Shown: positions 28,901-36,867 of the stretch, in pieces
Numbering within the stretch: position 1 is the first letter of the stretch
Layout of the letters: every line of letters begins with the position of its first letter
DNA from: a virus
Taxonomy: Duplodnaviria > Caudoviricetes
Direction: 5' to 3' (one strand)
Virus record (IMG/VR): IMGVR_UViG_2974528942_000001
Coordinates: 1 to 64,000 of that record
DNA: 64,000 bases
The notes under the pieces: generated by a model
Databases searched by the model: none
Seen by the model: the letters and a program-made list of their open reading frames with translations, nothing else
Told to the model about the DNA's origin: nothing
Made by a program: the position numbers and the translations under genes

Positions 28901-31900
28901 CAAGGGTGAGGTCGCAGGCATGGCGATCTCGGCGGTTGCTGACACTTCGTCGGTGGGTGGCTCGGTATCCGAACTAGGGTCCGCCGTTGCAGCAACCGGC
29001 CCGGTGGGGGTCGATGCGGCCATGGCCCCGACCGCCGACGTCGCCGCGTTGCAGGCTGATCTAGACGCTGCGAAAGCAGTCTTCGATGCATTCGCAGCCG
29101 AGATGGAATCCAAGACGGCAGTGTTCGCTGCGACCATCAGCGCCTCGTTCGGTGCGATGTCTTCGGGTGCCGCTGCATCACTGAACAACATCTCGACCGT
29201 GGGTGTCAGCTCATTCACTGCACTGCAGACCAGCGTGGTCACGATCGTCACCACCATGGTGACCACTGTGAACGGCCAGCTGCAGATGTTGATCAGCTAC
29301 GTCACCGCCTTTGGTACATCGTTCACCGCTGCATGGAACGCAGCGTGGACTGCTTGGATGAGCCAGACCACGACCTCGGTCGACCACACGGTGAACGAGT
29401 GGACCCGCATGGCGACGGGTATGCAGTCGACGCTGGACAACAGCATCCGACCCATGTTCGACGAGATGAAGCTCATGCTCACCGAACTGGAGGAAGCCTA
29501 CACCAGCACTGTCAACAACGTCGGCACCACCTGGGATGGCATCAAGGAAAAGACTGCAGCCCCCGCTCGATTCGTCATCAACGACGTCTACAACACGGGC
29601 CTCCGTGGAGCGTGGAACAAGTTCAACGAGATGCTCGGCATCGAGGCGTTGCCTGAGTACACCGCCAAGTTCCGGGAGGGTGGTCCGGTCTGGGGTCCGG
29701 GCACCGGGACCAGCGATAGCATCAATGCGAAGCTCTCGCGCGGTGAGCACGTCATCACTGCGGCAGAGGTTCGGGCGGCGGGCGGTCACGCAGCCGTCGA
29801 GGCGCAGCGTCGGTACTGGCGCAGCGGCGGTGGCTACGATGGAGCTATCCAGGCCTTCCGTAACGGAGGCGCGGTCGAGGGCAAGGCTCGCAGCAACCTG
29901 CCACTGAAGAAGGCGAACTCGAACGCCTACATCACCACGCCTATGCAGCAGGCGATGTGGGATGCAGTCTCGACTGCGTTCCCGAACGTCGCACTCCACT
30001 CCGGTACTCGTACGTTCGAGACCGGCGCAGGCTTCGACAACCACATGCAGGGACGCGCGCTCGACCTGAGTCCGATCCCCGAGGTTGCCAAGTGGATTTA
30101 CGAGATGAACAAGAAGCAGCCCGTCCTCGAGCTGATCTTCTGGCCGCTCTCGATGCACCCGACCAACCTGCACAGTGGTGCACCGCTCGACTACGGCGCC
30201 GCGACCAACGCTCAGCACATGGACCACGTCCACTGGGCGATGAACTCGATGGTTGATAACGAGGGCAAGGTCGTCTCCATGGTCGGCCCTGGTGACGCGA
30301 TCAACCCTGTCAACTACGTGAAGCTGATCGAAGACGCATTCAAGGAGTTCAAGAAGACTGCGCTCGAAGCTGATCCGAAGTTCAAGGGTGGCATTGGACA
30401 GTGGCCTTCGAAGTCTGTCGATCACGGCATGAAGGCTGTCGATTACCTCCGTCCGTTCGCGGAGAAGCTGCAGACCAACTACAGCAGCGGCAACCAGGGT
30501 AACATTCCATACAACCTGACTGCCGGTGTCGAGCAGTGGCGCGACCTTGCAAAGAAGATGCTCATCATGCAGGGTGAGTCGGTCACGTACGTGGATCGAC
30601 TCCTCATGCAGATGCAGTCGGAGTCGGGTGGTAACCCGAACGCGATCAACCTGTGGGACTCGAACGCGGCGAAGGGCACTCCGTCGAAGGGCCTCATGCA
30701 GGTCATCGACCCGACATTCCAGGCCAACCGAGATCCGCGTCTGCCGAACAACGTCTGGGATCCTGCAGCCAACATCGCTGCTTCGATTCGCTACACGCGA
30801 GGTCGGTACGGTTCGCTGTCGGCTTGGTCCGGAGTCGGCTACGACTCGGGCGGCATCCTGCCCCCCGGCTTCACGCTGGCCAACAACCAGACCGGTGGCC
30901 CCGAAGCCATCCTCACGGATGCGCAGTGGAGCGCGATGTACACTGCAGCTGCGAACTCGAATCAGCTGGAGCCTGAAGATGTTCAGCACGCCATGGAGAT
31001 GGCGAACAAGAACACGGGCAACACTGCCGACAAGCAGGCTGCGGCAATCATCAAGGGCATGGACGTGTGGCAGCGTGCGTGGACTCCCGAGGTCTTCGAC
31101 GCAACCGACAAGGTCGCAGATGCGGCCGACAAGGTTGCAGCCTCGACCGAGACCCAGGCCGCGGGTACGGTTCTGCTGAGCAAGAGCATTGGCAAGTACA
31201 ACGACGAGATCGCTGCACTGTCGAAGCTGCTCAACGCAGTGTCCACCGCCGCGATGGCCAGCACCAAGGTCACGATCACCTACGATCAGCAGGGCAACCA
31301 GCAGTCGGTCAACAATCCGAACCAGAAGGTTGACAAGAATGGCAAGCCGATCTTCACGGTGGATCAGCCGACATTCTCGACTTGGGCTCCGGTGTTCGAT
31401 GCACTCGCAGGTTTCCTCGAGACCATGCCGTATGCCGAGCGTGACTGGGCTGCCGACAACCCGGTGCCCGGCGAGTCGCAGACACAGCGCAAGCTGCGTG
31501 AAGCGCAGAACATGCTGGTCAACTTCGGCAAGGGTAGCTATAACGTACTCAAGGAAGTCGGCCCGCCGTTGCTGCGTCACACCGGCATCATCGGGTCTGC
31601 AGTGGAGAAGCTGATCCAGGAAGATGGCACGGCGTGGACCACCGCGATTGGAATGATCGCGACTGGTAACCAGGCGGGGTGGGCCATCATCGTACCGCTT
31701 GCCCTCAAGGCTGTTGGCACTTTGTTGCCGTTGATCTTAGCGGCGATCCTTGATATAGTCCCAGCGTTGATCCGAGCTATCGTACGGTTCCTCACGCAGT
31801 TCATGCCAGACTCGGTGTACGCATACGCTGACATGGCAGCTGCCGAGGCTGCGGTTCAGAACCAGCAGGACACCGGCGAGACCGCAATGGGTCAAGGCCA

Positions 31901-32048
31901 GCGCTACCCGACCGCTCAGTCCACGAACGTTCAGGGTAACGCACCTATCAACATCTACGTCTACGGAGTTGAATTGCCGAACATCACAGATGGCGACGAC
32001 GCCTCCGAGTTCGTGGACCAGCTCAAGCTGTTGGCGGCGAACGAATGA
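22965..32048 (+). CDS. Tape measure protein with C-terminal peptidase-like and lytic transglycosylase domains
   Basis: 3027 aa after the frameshifted chaperone; long hydrophobic segment; W/F-periodic repeats; HMQGRALD...HMDHVHW; SLT motifs QSESGGNP, GLMQV, NIAASIRY. Confidence 0.95.
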   Translation: MLTTDMIIAIHARTAQAQRQLAQMQGQLKALERAGIDSTNSVGRSVNGLDRTSERARANSNKPWFSQMRASGSQIQWVGRQMSVGLTLPLIGAMAMGTKFALDFEKNMTRVSKVYGDSALQVSLGSKGMQEEVDALGRAFVELGNKYGQSAADVAEIGSSWAAAGSSGRALAKQTELTMQTMVLGEMTAAEATEALISIQAQWGVVTESNQDKIEAAGGAVRNRAKDEMSLTNILRQLNAVENETGAKMQDLVKGYQRASGTARSAGVETGELAAMIAALVPAAGGAAEAGTALRTMLNRVMTPMNDAKEVLAKMNIDVTKSDWVTKSATERLEVMAKAYPKLTGAQQQWLGFVIAGRWHVNRFMILMNAMGNANSYYGKTLKTLSDQARVTRIAEKELEAVLTSNPQRMKQAGAIIQNSLMKAMIPLVPMITQVALWFGKLANAFAEIPPHIRTTILAVALFLGVLGPLIIFLGMIKLSIGMLAPAFIAMAKFVLLPLKPFMMMFALVGKGLTALPIAAIGAARGMLLGFMFMIKSVAMVGAAVGMVAPIVSTALGMAATAIVAWAPTVAALPAMIALAVGKIALVIDALMALMRFRVTAGMAVITTLFAAGPIAWRTALAVSTGGIALVMDALMVLLRVRLVAWFAATKALFFAGPLAWAAAMRTGMAAVYAFMVAGLAAKLTATRVWAVASALIHKIHWATVVAIAKTGMIALVTNVRKLAPLLLKALASPWVLAIGAIVLVLTLFKDQVKAAITNVVDYFRNLPAGIKQGLAPIGRMFTAIKNGILKAFNALPEGIKNAMLAVINVVKAAAMAVYRLFSYLNPFAHHSPSLVENVTNGMAVVNDQFANSARVAESNINRIHSAIKSLQGAGAGMVTANDQAKDAEFRGNAAKAGGASALPQYDTLNRQVAESKRALESMNTAIEAQEDKVESVQKSIKRYDQTIKEMNKSLETTKSIQASVGDALDSAKARFDRYSNAQVAGYGAAEDAIFANELAQKRLQLQIKRMESAAGGVDSVTDSYAKLQGQIEMLQGKQAELRAGGAGSDILGPYDDMIGKLKSEQGALGSGNTGPGAAIAQLTTQLEALQRQAEIMDLEKALKFDSLNRSIEKFKSNTEELSYGEIMNGLDSSRNSVNALSLAYDSLGYQLKGQEYQIAQVEAARAAMQDQYDLENDKLSIMKESYDAVEESIRAGEQAMQDFSSAIDETIQRQEALERAQEAAKKKKKKGAGAGADDEYTAAMGFEDAGQADFAIPGSSNAIMREGGMGNQAGEIDAFTDNLQKSIEESLGGMNPFAPVMAAWDRIKQWFSQNVSPVGKTVGAMFAGIGKSIQAGFNGGEPAVDALTRAFAEGRMGVEEYRKRLGELGADTSTQGILARLKEGVQEKDNVFYKIGQWVQQAWEKIEGFGKLAGDFLGKLFGPDLKATLTIIKDGLYEIWTKASGPLNELKDSLGPFLKMVGELAVIVGGALLMAFEVVWEMLNGALGPAFSFIADLIGGLILVITGIVKVITGAFNIVLGTVKLIFSIFKGVFTFIKGLFSGDIDMSGFEGVGAALKQIFVDGIGTALGGLWTIVKGIWDSIVSLFKNAAKIVWNVVYGFVKGIIDFFKTLWDVLVGHSIVPDTINSIIDWFKELPGKLPGIVWGVITKVIGFFLKLPLMIGKALLTLGGFLFNAFITAMAWLLPKLPGMIWNVIKFFATLPFKIIAALAGFGMKLLGWIGQAIAWLVPQLPGIIWNLITFFATLPFKILGALGGLGLKLLGWIWDAISWLVPQLPGAIWNIIKFFATLPFKIIGALIGFGGQLFEWAKNAFIWLAQRLPGIVQGVIDFAKEIPGNFIRGLGVIGRFLWEWMKKGWDFLVNELPGIVAGFLKWIAGIPGMLLGKLGDGAKVLYNYGKDMIQGLMNGTAGLLKKLGDWFLDKIPGWIKTPFKKALGIASPSKVFAGYGQNIGEGLILGIDSMQRQVEQASVGIAAAADKGEVAGMAISAVADTSSVGGSVSELGSAVAATGPVGVDAAMAPTADVAALQADLDAAKAVFDAFAAEMESKTAVFAATISASFGAMSSGAAASLNNISTVGVSSFTALQTSVVTIVTTMVTTVNGQLQMLISYVTAFGTSFTAAWNAAWTAWMSQTTTSVDHTVNEWTRMATGMQSTLDNSIRPMFDEMKLMLTELEEAYTSTVNNVGTTWDGIKEKTAAPARFVINDVYNTGLRGAWNKFNEMLGIEALPEYTAKFREGGPVWGPGTGTSDSINAKLSRGEHVITAAEVRAAGGHAAVEAQRRYWRSGGGYDGAIQAFRNGGAVEGKARSNLPLKKANSNAYITTPMQQAMWDAVSTAFPNVALHSGTRTFETGAGFDNHMQGRALDLSPIPEVAKWIYEMNKKQPVLELIFWPLSMHPTNLHSGAPLDYGAATNAQHMDHVHWAMNSMVDNEGKVVSMVGPGDAINPVNYVKLIEDAFKEFKKTALEADPKFKGGIGQWPSKSVDHGMKAVDYLRPFAEKLQTNYSSGNQGNIPYNLTAGVEQWRDLAKKMLIMQGESVTYVDRLLMQMQSESGGNPNAINLWDSNAAKGTPSKGLMQVIDPTFQANRDPRLPNNVWDPAANIAASIRYTRGRYGSLSAWSGVGYDSGGILPPGFTLANNQTGGPEAILTDAQWSAMYTAAANSNQLEPEDVQHAMEMANKNTGNTADKQAAAIIKGMDVWQRAWTPEVFDATDKVADAADKVAASTETQAAGTVLLSKSIGKYNDEIAALSKLLNAVSTAAMASTKVTITYDQQGNQQSVNNPNQKVDKNGKPIFTVDQPTFSTWAPVFDALAGFLETMPYAERDWAADNPVPGESQTQRKLREAQNMLVNFGKGSYNVLKEVGPPLLRHTGIIGSAVEKLIQEDGTAWTTAIGMIATGNQAGWAIIVPLALKAVGTLLPLILAAILDIVPALIRAIVRFLTQFMPDSVYAYADMAAAEAAVQNQQDTGETAMGQGQRYPTAQSTNVQGNAPINIYVYGVELPNITDGDDASEFVDQLKLLAANE
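28011..28430 (+). repeat. Three tandem 132-bp (44-aa) repeats in TMP
   Basis: Units begin 28011, 28143, 28275: xWLxPxLPGxIWNxIxFFATLPFKI... Confidence 0.85.
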
Positions 32049-34609
32049 GCAGGGTGATACACCGCCCGAATCAGGCGGTCGACTACGGAACAGTCAACAC
32101 GACTGGTCAGGGCAACGTCCTCGGAGACGGGAATAACAACACCTACAAGGACTATTACGAGGACTCGGGCAGCATCATGCTGTACCCGACCTTCGACCCG
32201 GCGCTCGTACCCGATGGTCGCGAGATCATCGCGGTACGAGCGGCCCACGTCCAGCGGAACGGCGGTCTTGTCGGACTGCATAACGGCTGGGTCATGGGGT
32301 ACCTGCGCGTGGACAATGCGCGAGTACTCAAGTCCAAGGCGTACAAGCAAGACGGGTACGCGATCGGCGCTCGAACCATCGAGGGTGAGCCGATCTACAA
32401 AGGTGTCGATGTTCCCTGGGATGCAGCCGACATCAACCGGATGACCACTGACATCGGAGCAGCAACAGGTACGATCGCCCCGAACAAGCGGAACTTCTGG
32501 TGCATCGGCGCAGAGTCTTACATCATCGTTGTGATCGACGATGATGTGCCAGTGCCGACCATCTCGTACCCTGCCAACAATCAGGTGATCGACACTTCGT
32601 CGGTAGATTTCCAGGCTGTAGCAGTACCCAGCCAGCCGGAGCAGCCGGTCGCGGCCGTGTTCCAAGTGTCGCGTGTGAACACCTTCGATGACGACACTGT
32701 CGATACGTTCGTCGGTGGACTCAACGCCAGCATGACCGCGGGCAGCAAGAGCATCTACGACTCAGTCATCGGCAAGGACTCCTACACTAACCTCGGCCCG
32801 GGCAAGTGGTACGCCCGAGTCAAGGGCATGGACTACCGAGAGGTTCAGTCTGACTGGGGTCCGGTCACCTCGTTCACCATCACGCACACCGCACTGCTCA
32901 CGCCTACGCTGTTCAACCCGGCGAGCGGTTCAACCAAGGCGACGCCCTACGGACTGCGTCAGGCGAGCTTCGCAACCAACCCGACTGGCGAGCGCTACGT
33001 CGGAGCCCAGTGGCAGTTCTGTCAGAACAACGACTTCGCTACTGGACCCGTGGTCTCGTGGACAAACAACAAGGAAGGTCGGTACAACCTTGGCCTCGTT
33101 GGCTACACGTCTGATCCCGACCCGACTATCGAGCCTGGCCTCAACGGTTCGAAGGTTTCCACAGACGATCCAGACCAGTACCTCAAGCAGGGCACCTGGT
33201 TTGGACGAGTACGTGCTGTGGATGTCTGGGGACAAACCGGCCCCTGGTCCGCATCTCATTCCTTCACCGTCAGTCATCCTCCGACTGTCCAAGATGTGTG
33301 GCCGAGTGGCGGCAAAGCCTTTGACGACGACGCTTTCCCTGTGCGATGGAAGTTCGGTGACGCCTGGGTCGGTGATGCACAGACTGCATTCCAGGTTATT
33401 GTACGAGATGGCTCTAACAATGTCATCCACGACACCGACAAAGTCTCCAGCGGATTCAACACTCGCAAGGTAGTCATCCCCGACACCTTCCTGGAGCAGA
33501 CGCTGAACCTGGCGATCAAGCTGTGGGACAAGGATGACGTCGAGTCCCCGTGGTGGACGGGAACCTTCCGGCTTGCCAAGGCCCCTGTCATCACGCTGAA
33601 CTACCCGGCGCCGGACGAGGTGGTCATCACAGGCCAGCCCATCCTCTCCTGGTCGAGTGTGTTCTCCTCGGGGGCAACCCAGAAGTCCTACCACATCGCC
33701 TTCATCAACCGCGCCACCAAGACGGTCGAGTACAAGACGTCCATTGTTGCATCAGCTGCGACGACCTGGAATGCTCCGACTGTGGTGCTGAAGAACCTGC
33801 AGAACTATCAGCTGGCACTCACGATCACGGACACCAACGATCTGTACACCACGCTGCTACGGAACTTCAGCACAGACTACGTGCGCCCGCCGACCATCCA
33901 GTGTGAGGCGTTCGTCAACACGTACGAAGATGAAGGCTACATCGACATCATGTGGCCTGACGTGTTGGTCGATCCGCTGTTCGTGGAGTACCGGCTCTAT
34001 CGCAAGCGCGTGGACATCGACTTCCAGGACTGGGAACAGATCGGCACAGTCACTGATCCGAACGTGTTCGAGTTCCACGACTGGTCCACCAGTGGCGAGG
34101 CGGTCTACAAGTTCGGCATCACGCAGGTGGTCATGCTCTACGGAGCGCTTGTCGAATCACTGCCGGACGAGAACGGCGCACACCTTGCGGTGCGGGGTAG
34201 CCACTACTGGCTCATCATCCCGGACCACGAAGAACTCAACACCAAGGTGTACAACGTCACCGGAGACAAGTCCACACGCAGGGTGGAGATGAGCCAGCAC
34301 GTCATCATCGAGGGCGGCGGCTCTCGGGTGAACTACGGCAAGCCCATCGGCATCGAGGGTTCGATGACCGCACAGATTCGCGGCGGGTCGCTGTACAGTG
34401 CGCGCGAGTTCAGCCTTCGCCTGGAGCGCATTCAGTTTGAGCGAGGCTACTGCTTCCTGCGTGACCCGTTCGGCAACTACACTCGCATTGCGCTTGGAGA
34501 GATCGGCGAGAGCAGGGTTCCCGGTGTCGGAACAAACGAGTACAAGGACTTGGAGATCCCATACATTCAGGTGGCAGCACCACCTGACGAGGGAGGGTAC
34601 GCAGGATAA
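32045..34609 (+). CDS. Minor tail protein (distal-tail-like, FN3/Ig-like repeats)
   Basis: First gene after TMP; beta-rich repeats such as WYARVKGMD and WFGRVRAVD. Confidence 0.75.
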   Translation: MSRVIHRPNQAVDYGTVNTTGQGNVLGDGNNNTYKDYYEDSGSIMLYPTFDPALVPDGREIIAVRAAHVQRNGGLVGLHNGWVMGYLRVDNARVLKSKAYKQDGYAIGARTIEGEPIYKGVDVPWDAADINRMTTDIGAATGTIAPNKRNFWCIGAESYIIVVIDDDVPVPTISYPANNQVIDTSSVDFQAVAVPSQPEQPVAAVFQVSRVNTFDDDTVDTFVGGLNASMTAGSKSIYDSVIGKDSYTNLGPGKWYARVKGMDYREVQSDWGPVTSFTITHTALLTPTLFNPASGSTKATPYGLRQASFATNPTGERYVGAQWQFCQNNDFATGPVVSWTNNKEGRYNLGLVGYTSDPDPTIEPGLNGSKVSTDDPDQYLKQGTWFGRVRAVDVWGQTGPWSASHSFTVSHPPTVQDVWPSGGKAFDDDAFPVRWKFGDAWVGDAQTAFQVIVRDGSNNVIHDTDKVSSGFNTRKVVIPDTFLEQTLNLAIKLWDKDDVESPWWTGTFRLAKAPVITLNYPAPDEVVITGQPILSWSSVFSSGATQKSYHIAFINRATKTVEYKTSIVASAATTWNAPTVVLKNLQNYQLALTITDTNDLYTTLLRNFSTDYVRPPTIQCEAFVNTYEDEGYIDIMWPDVLVDPLFVEYRLYRKRVDIDFQDWEQIGTVTDPNVFEFHDWSTSGEAVYKFGITQVVMLYGALVESLPDENGAHLAVRGSHYWLIIPDHEELNTKVYNVTGDKSTRRVEMSQHVIIEGGGSRVNYGKPIGIEGSMTAQIRGGSLYSAREFSLRLERIQFERGYCFLRDPFGNYTRIALGEIGESRVPGVGTNEYKDLEIPYIQVAAPPDEGGYAG

Positions 34610-36867
34610 TGGCGAACACTCCACCGCTCCATATCCAGCGCGCGTTCCTCCAGCCGGTCGTCCGAGTCAACCGCCGTCTCGAGATCTACGAGCAGGACGG
34701 CAAGACTCCGTGGCGACGAGACCTATGGACCTCCCTCCTGGTCGGAGGCTCCGTGTCCGTGGACTACGAGCGAGACGAACGCAGGTCTATCGACCTGGAG
34801 CTTGACAACTCCTATGGTGACCTGAACCCCGAGGCCGGCGGTCTGTGGTACGACAAGGTTTTCAAGCTGTACTACGGCATCGACATCGGAGCAACCGAGC
34901 GTGGAGTCCGGGTCGCCATCGTCGAGCAGTATCAGGCTGATGGTCAGGCGTTCGCACTCAAGCAGGCACTGTCTCGTGGCGGGGTCACCGAGGTTCACTA
35001 TCTGCCTTCGGTGACCACCTACGAGCAGATCCAAGAGTACGACGTACTCGTTTCCATCTCCGGTACGTCTACCCAGAAGGCAGCCTTCCTGACTCAGTGC
35101 TACAACCGAGGCAAGTCAGTCATCACATTCACGATGGATCAGACCGCCGCTTCATTGCCGTTGGTCGTCGGGAACGCGGGCGGCGCGCCGGTCATTGACG
35201 GGGCCACACGCCGCTATGCTGCGGTTGCGGGGGCATCCGACCTATCCGTCGGGTGGGACGAATGGAGTACGAGGGAGTTCCCTCAATCGCAGAACTTGGT
35301 GACGTGGGGCGGCCAGGGATTCGAGGACTTTCCGCTAGGATTCCCCGGAGCTGGTCACTCGACTGGTACGATTATTCAGGTCTCTGAGGGTTCGAGTGGT
35401 GCCCCCACGAAGGTGTACAACACCCCTAGCGCTGGGGCGTTCGTCTCTAGTCCGGCTTTGTTCACTGCCAACGTGACTGCAGGTGAGGTGTACTACTTTG
35501 AGACCTGGGTTCGCAAGACCACTACAGGGGTGACGGGTCGAGTCGCTCTGGTCAGGCGTACAACAGAAGCTGGACTTGCGAATCCTAACTATTCGCAGAT
35601 CTTCCTGAACATGAGCGACATGGTTCAGAATCAGTGGCACAAGATGTCTGGCCTACTCACTATTGGTTCAGGCAAGACTCTTCTGAATCCATACGTTCAA
35701 GTTGGCAGTGACATTCCTGCCGGAGATGTTATCCAGTGGGACGAAGTCTACGTCAAAAAGGTTCTGCCCCAAGACTACTACCGCAAGGTACTCGCACCGG
35801 CGACCGGGGCGCAGACCATCGCAGCCATCAACGATACTCAAGGAGAGTCGGTTGGAGCAATCGCACGAGACGACGGAGATCGACGCTGGGTCCATGTCGT
35901 CCAATCAAACTTTGAAGAAGATAACTTTGTCGATCCAGAGGACTATGACTCGTTTGCGGGATTCGTTTCGCGAGCTGTTCAATGGTCTTCGACATACGAT
36001 TCAGCAGATACATGGGAAATGCAGATCGGTGAGTATCTCGCGGATGCCATCTCCGATGGAGGTTCCTACTCTACGATACGCATTACAGGCCGCGACCTCA
36101 CCAAGCTGGCCATCAACTCAAAGCTGGCATCCTCGACAACCTTCTCCAAGAGCACTTCCATCGAGGCGATTGTAAAGGCACTCGCCTCGAACGCGGGCAT
36201 CACAAAGCACAAGATCCCCGTGACCAAGAAGGTGCTCGACAAGGACACCACCTGGGAACGCGGAACGTCTCGGTGGGAGATCATCAAGGAAGTCTGCAAC
36301 ACCAACAACCACGAGGTCTTCATGGATCACGAGGGGTACTTGGTGGTGCGGGAGTACCTCGATCCCCTTCTCTCGCCGACGAGTCTGTCGCTGTCCGGCG
36401 GCGTCGGGGGTAACCTCATATCACGCGGTGCCCGGACATCTGACTCCAAGCTGATCAATCACATCGTGGTGGTCGGCGAGAGCTCTGACTCCAACGTCCC
36501 ACCCTCGTACGCCGAGGCGATCAACAACGATCCGAAGTCTCCGACAAGTATCCAGGAGCTAGGCGACAGGGTCGAGGTCATCACCTCCGCACTCGTCACC
36601 ACGGTATCCAAGGCTCAGGAGCTAGCAAACTCGTTGCTCGCGGTGTCGGCACTCGAGGAGTTCGAGCTGTCCTTCGAGTCCACCCTCCTCCCCTGGGTGG
36701 AGCCCGGTGAGATCATTGACATGTCAAAGTCTGATAGCAGGTACTGGGGACCAGATAGGTACCTGCTCACAAGCCTCACGCTACCGCTGGACCTGAGTCC
36801 TATGAGCGGCAATGGAAAGCGAATCGAAAAGGTGGGGGTGAATGATGAGCCAGAGACAGCTGAGTGA
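34609..36867 (+). CDS. Minor tail protein (baseplate hub) with inserted carbohydrate-binding-like module
   Basis: Hub-like N- and C-termini; internal AGEVYYFETWVRK...WDEVYVK segment. Confidence 0.7.
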   Translation: MANTPPLHIQRAFLQPVVRVNRRLEIYEQDGKTPWRRDLWTSLLVGGSVSVDYERDERRSIDLELDNSYGDLNPEAGGLWYDKVFKLYYGIDIGATERGVRVAIVEQYQADGQAFALKQALSRGGVTEVHYLPSVTTYEQIQEYDVLVSISGTSTQKAAFLTQCYNRGKSVITFTMDQTAASLPLVVGNAGGAPVIDGATRRYAAVAGASDLSVGWDEWSTREFPQSQNLVTWGGQGFEDFPLGFPGAGHSTGTIIQVSEGSSGAPTKVYNTPSAGAFVSSPALFTANVTAGEVYYFETWVRKTTTGVTGRVALVRRTTEAGLANPNYSQIFLNMSDMVQNQWHKMSGLLTIGSGKTLLNPYVQVGSDIPAGDVIQWDEVYVKKVLPQDYYRKVLAPATGAQTIAAINDTQGESVGAIARDDGDRRWVHVVQSNFEEDNFVDPEDYDSFAGFVSRAVQWSSTYDSADTWEMQIGEYLADAISDGGSYSTIRITGRDLTKLAINSKLASSTTFSKSTSIEAIVKALASNAGITKHKIPVTKKVLDKDTTWERGTSRWEIIKEVCNTNNHEVFMDHEGYLVVREYLDPLLSPTSLSLSGGVGGNLISRGARTSDSKLINHIVVVGESSDSNVPPSYAEAINNDPKSPTSIQELGDRVEVITSALVTTVSKAQELANSLLAVSALEEFELSFESTLLPWVEPGEIIDMSKSDSRYWGPDRYLLTSLTLPLDLSPMSGNGKRIEKVGVNDEPETAE

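Noticed and set aside
23322-31580. Long minus-strand ORFs (581, 649 and 789 aa) opposite the tape measure gene, and similar ones opposite other genes
   Set aside because: Antisense shadows of GC3-biased coding sequence; no SD, no motifs, fully overlapped by well-supported genes.
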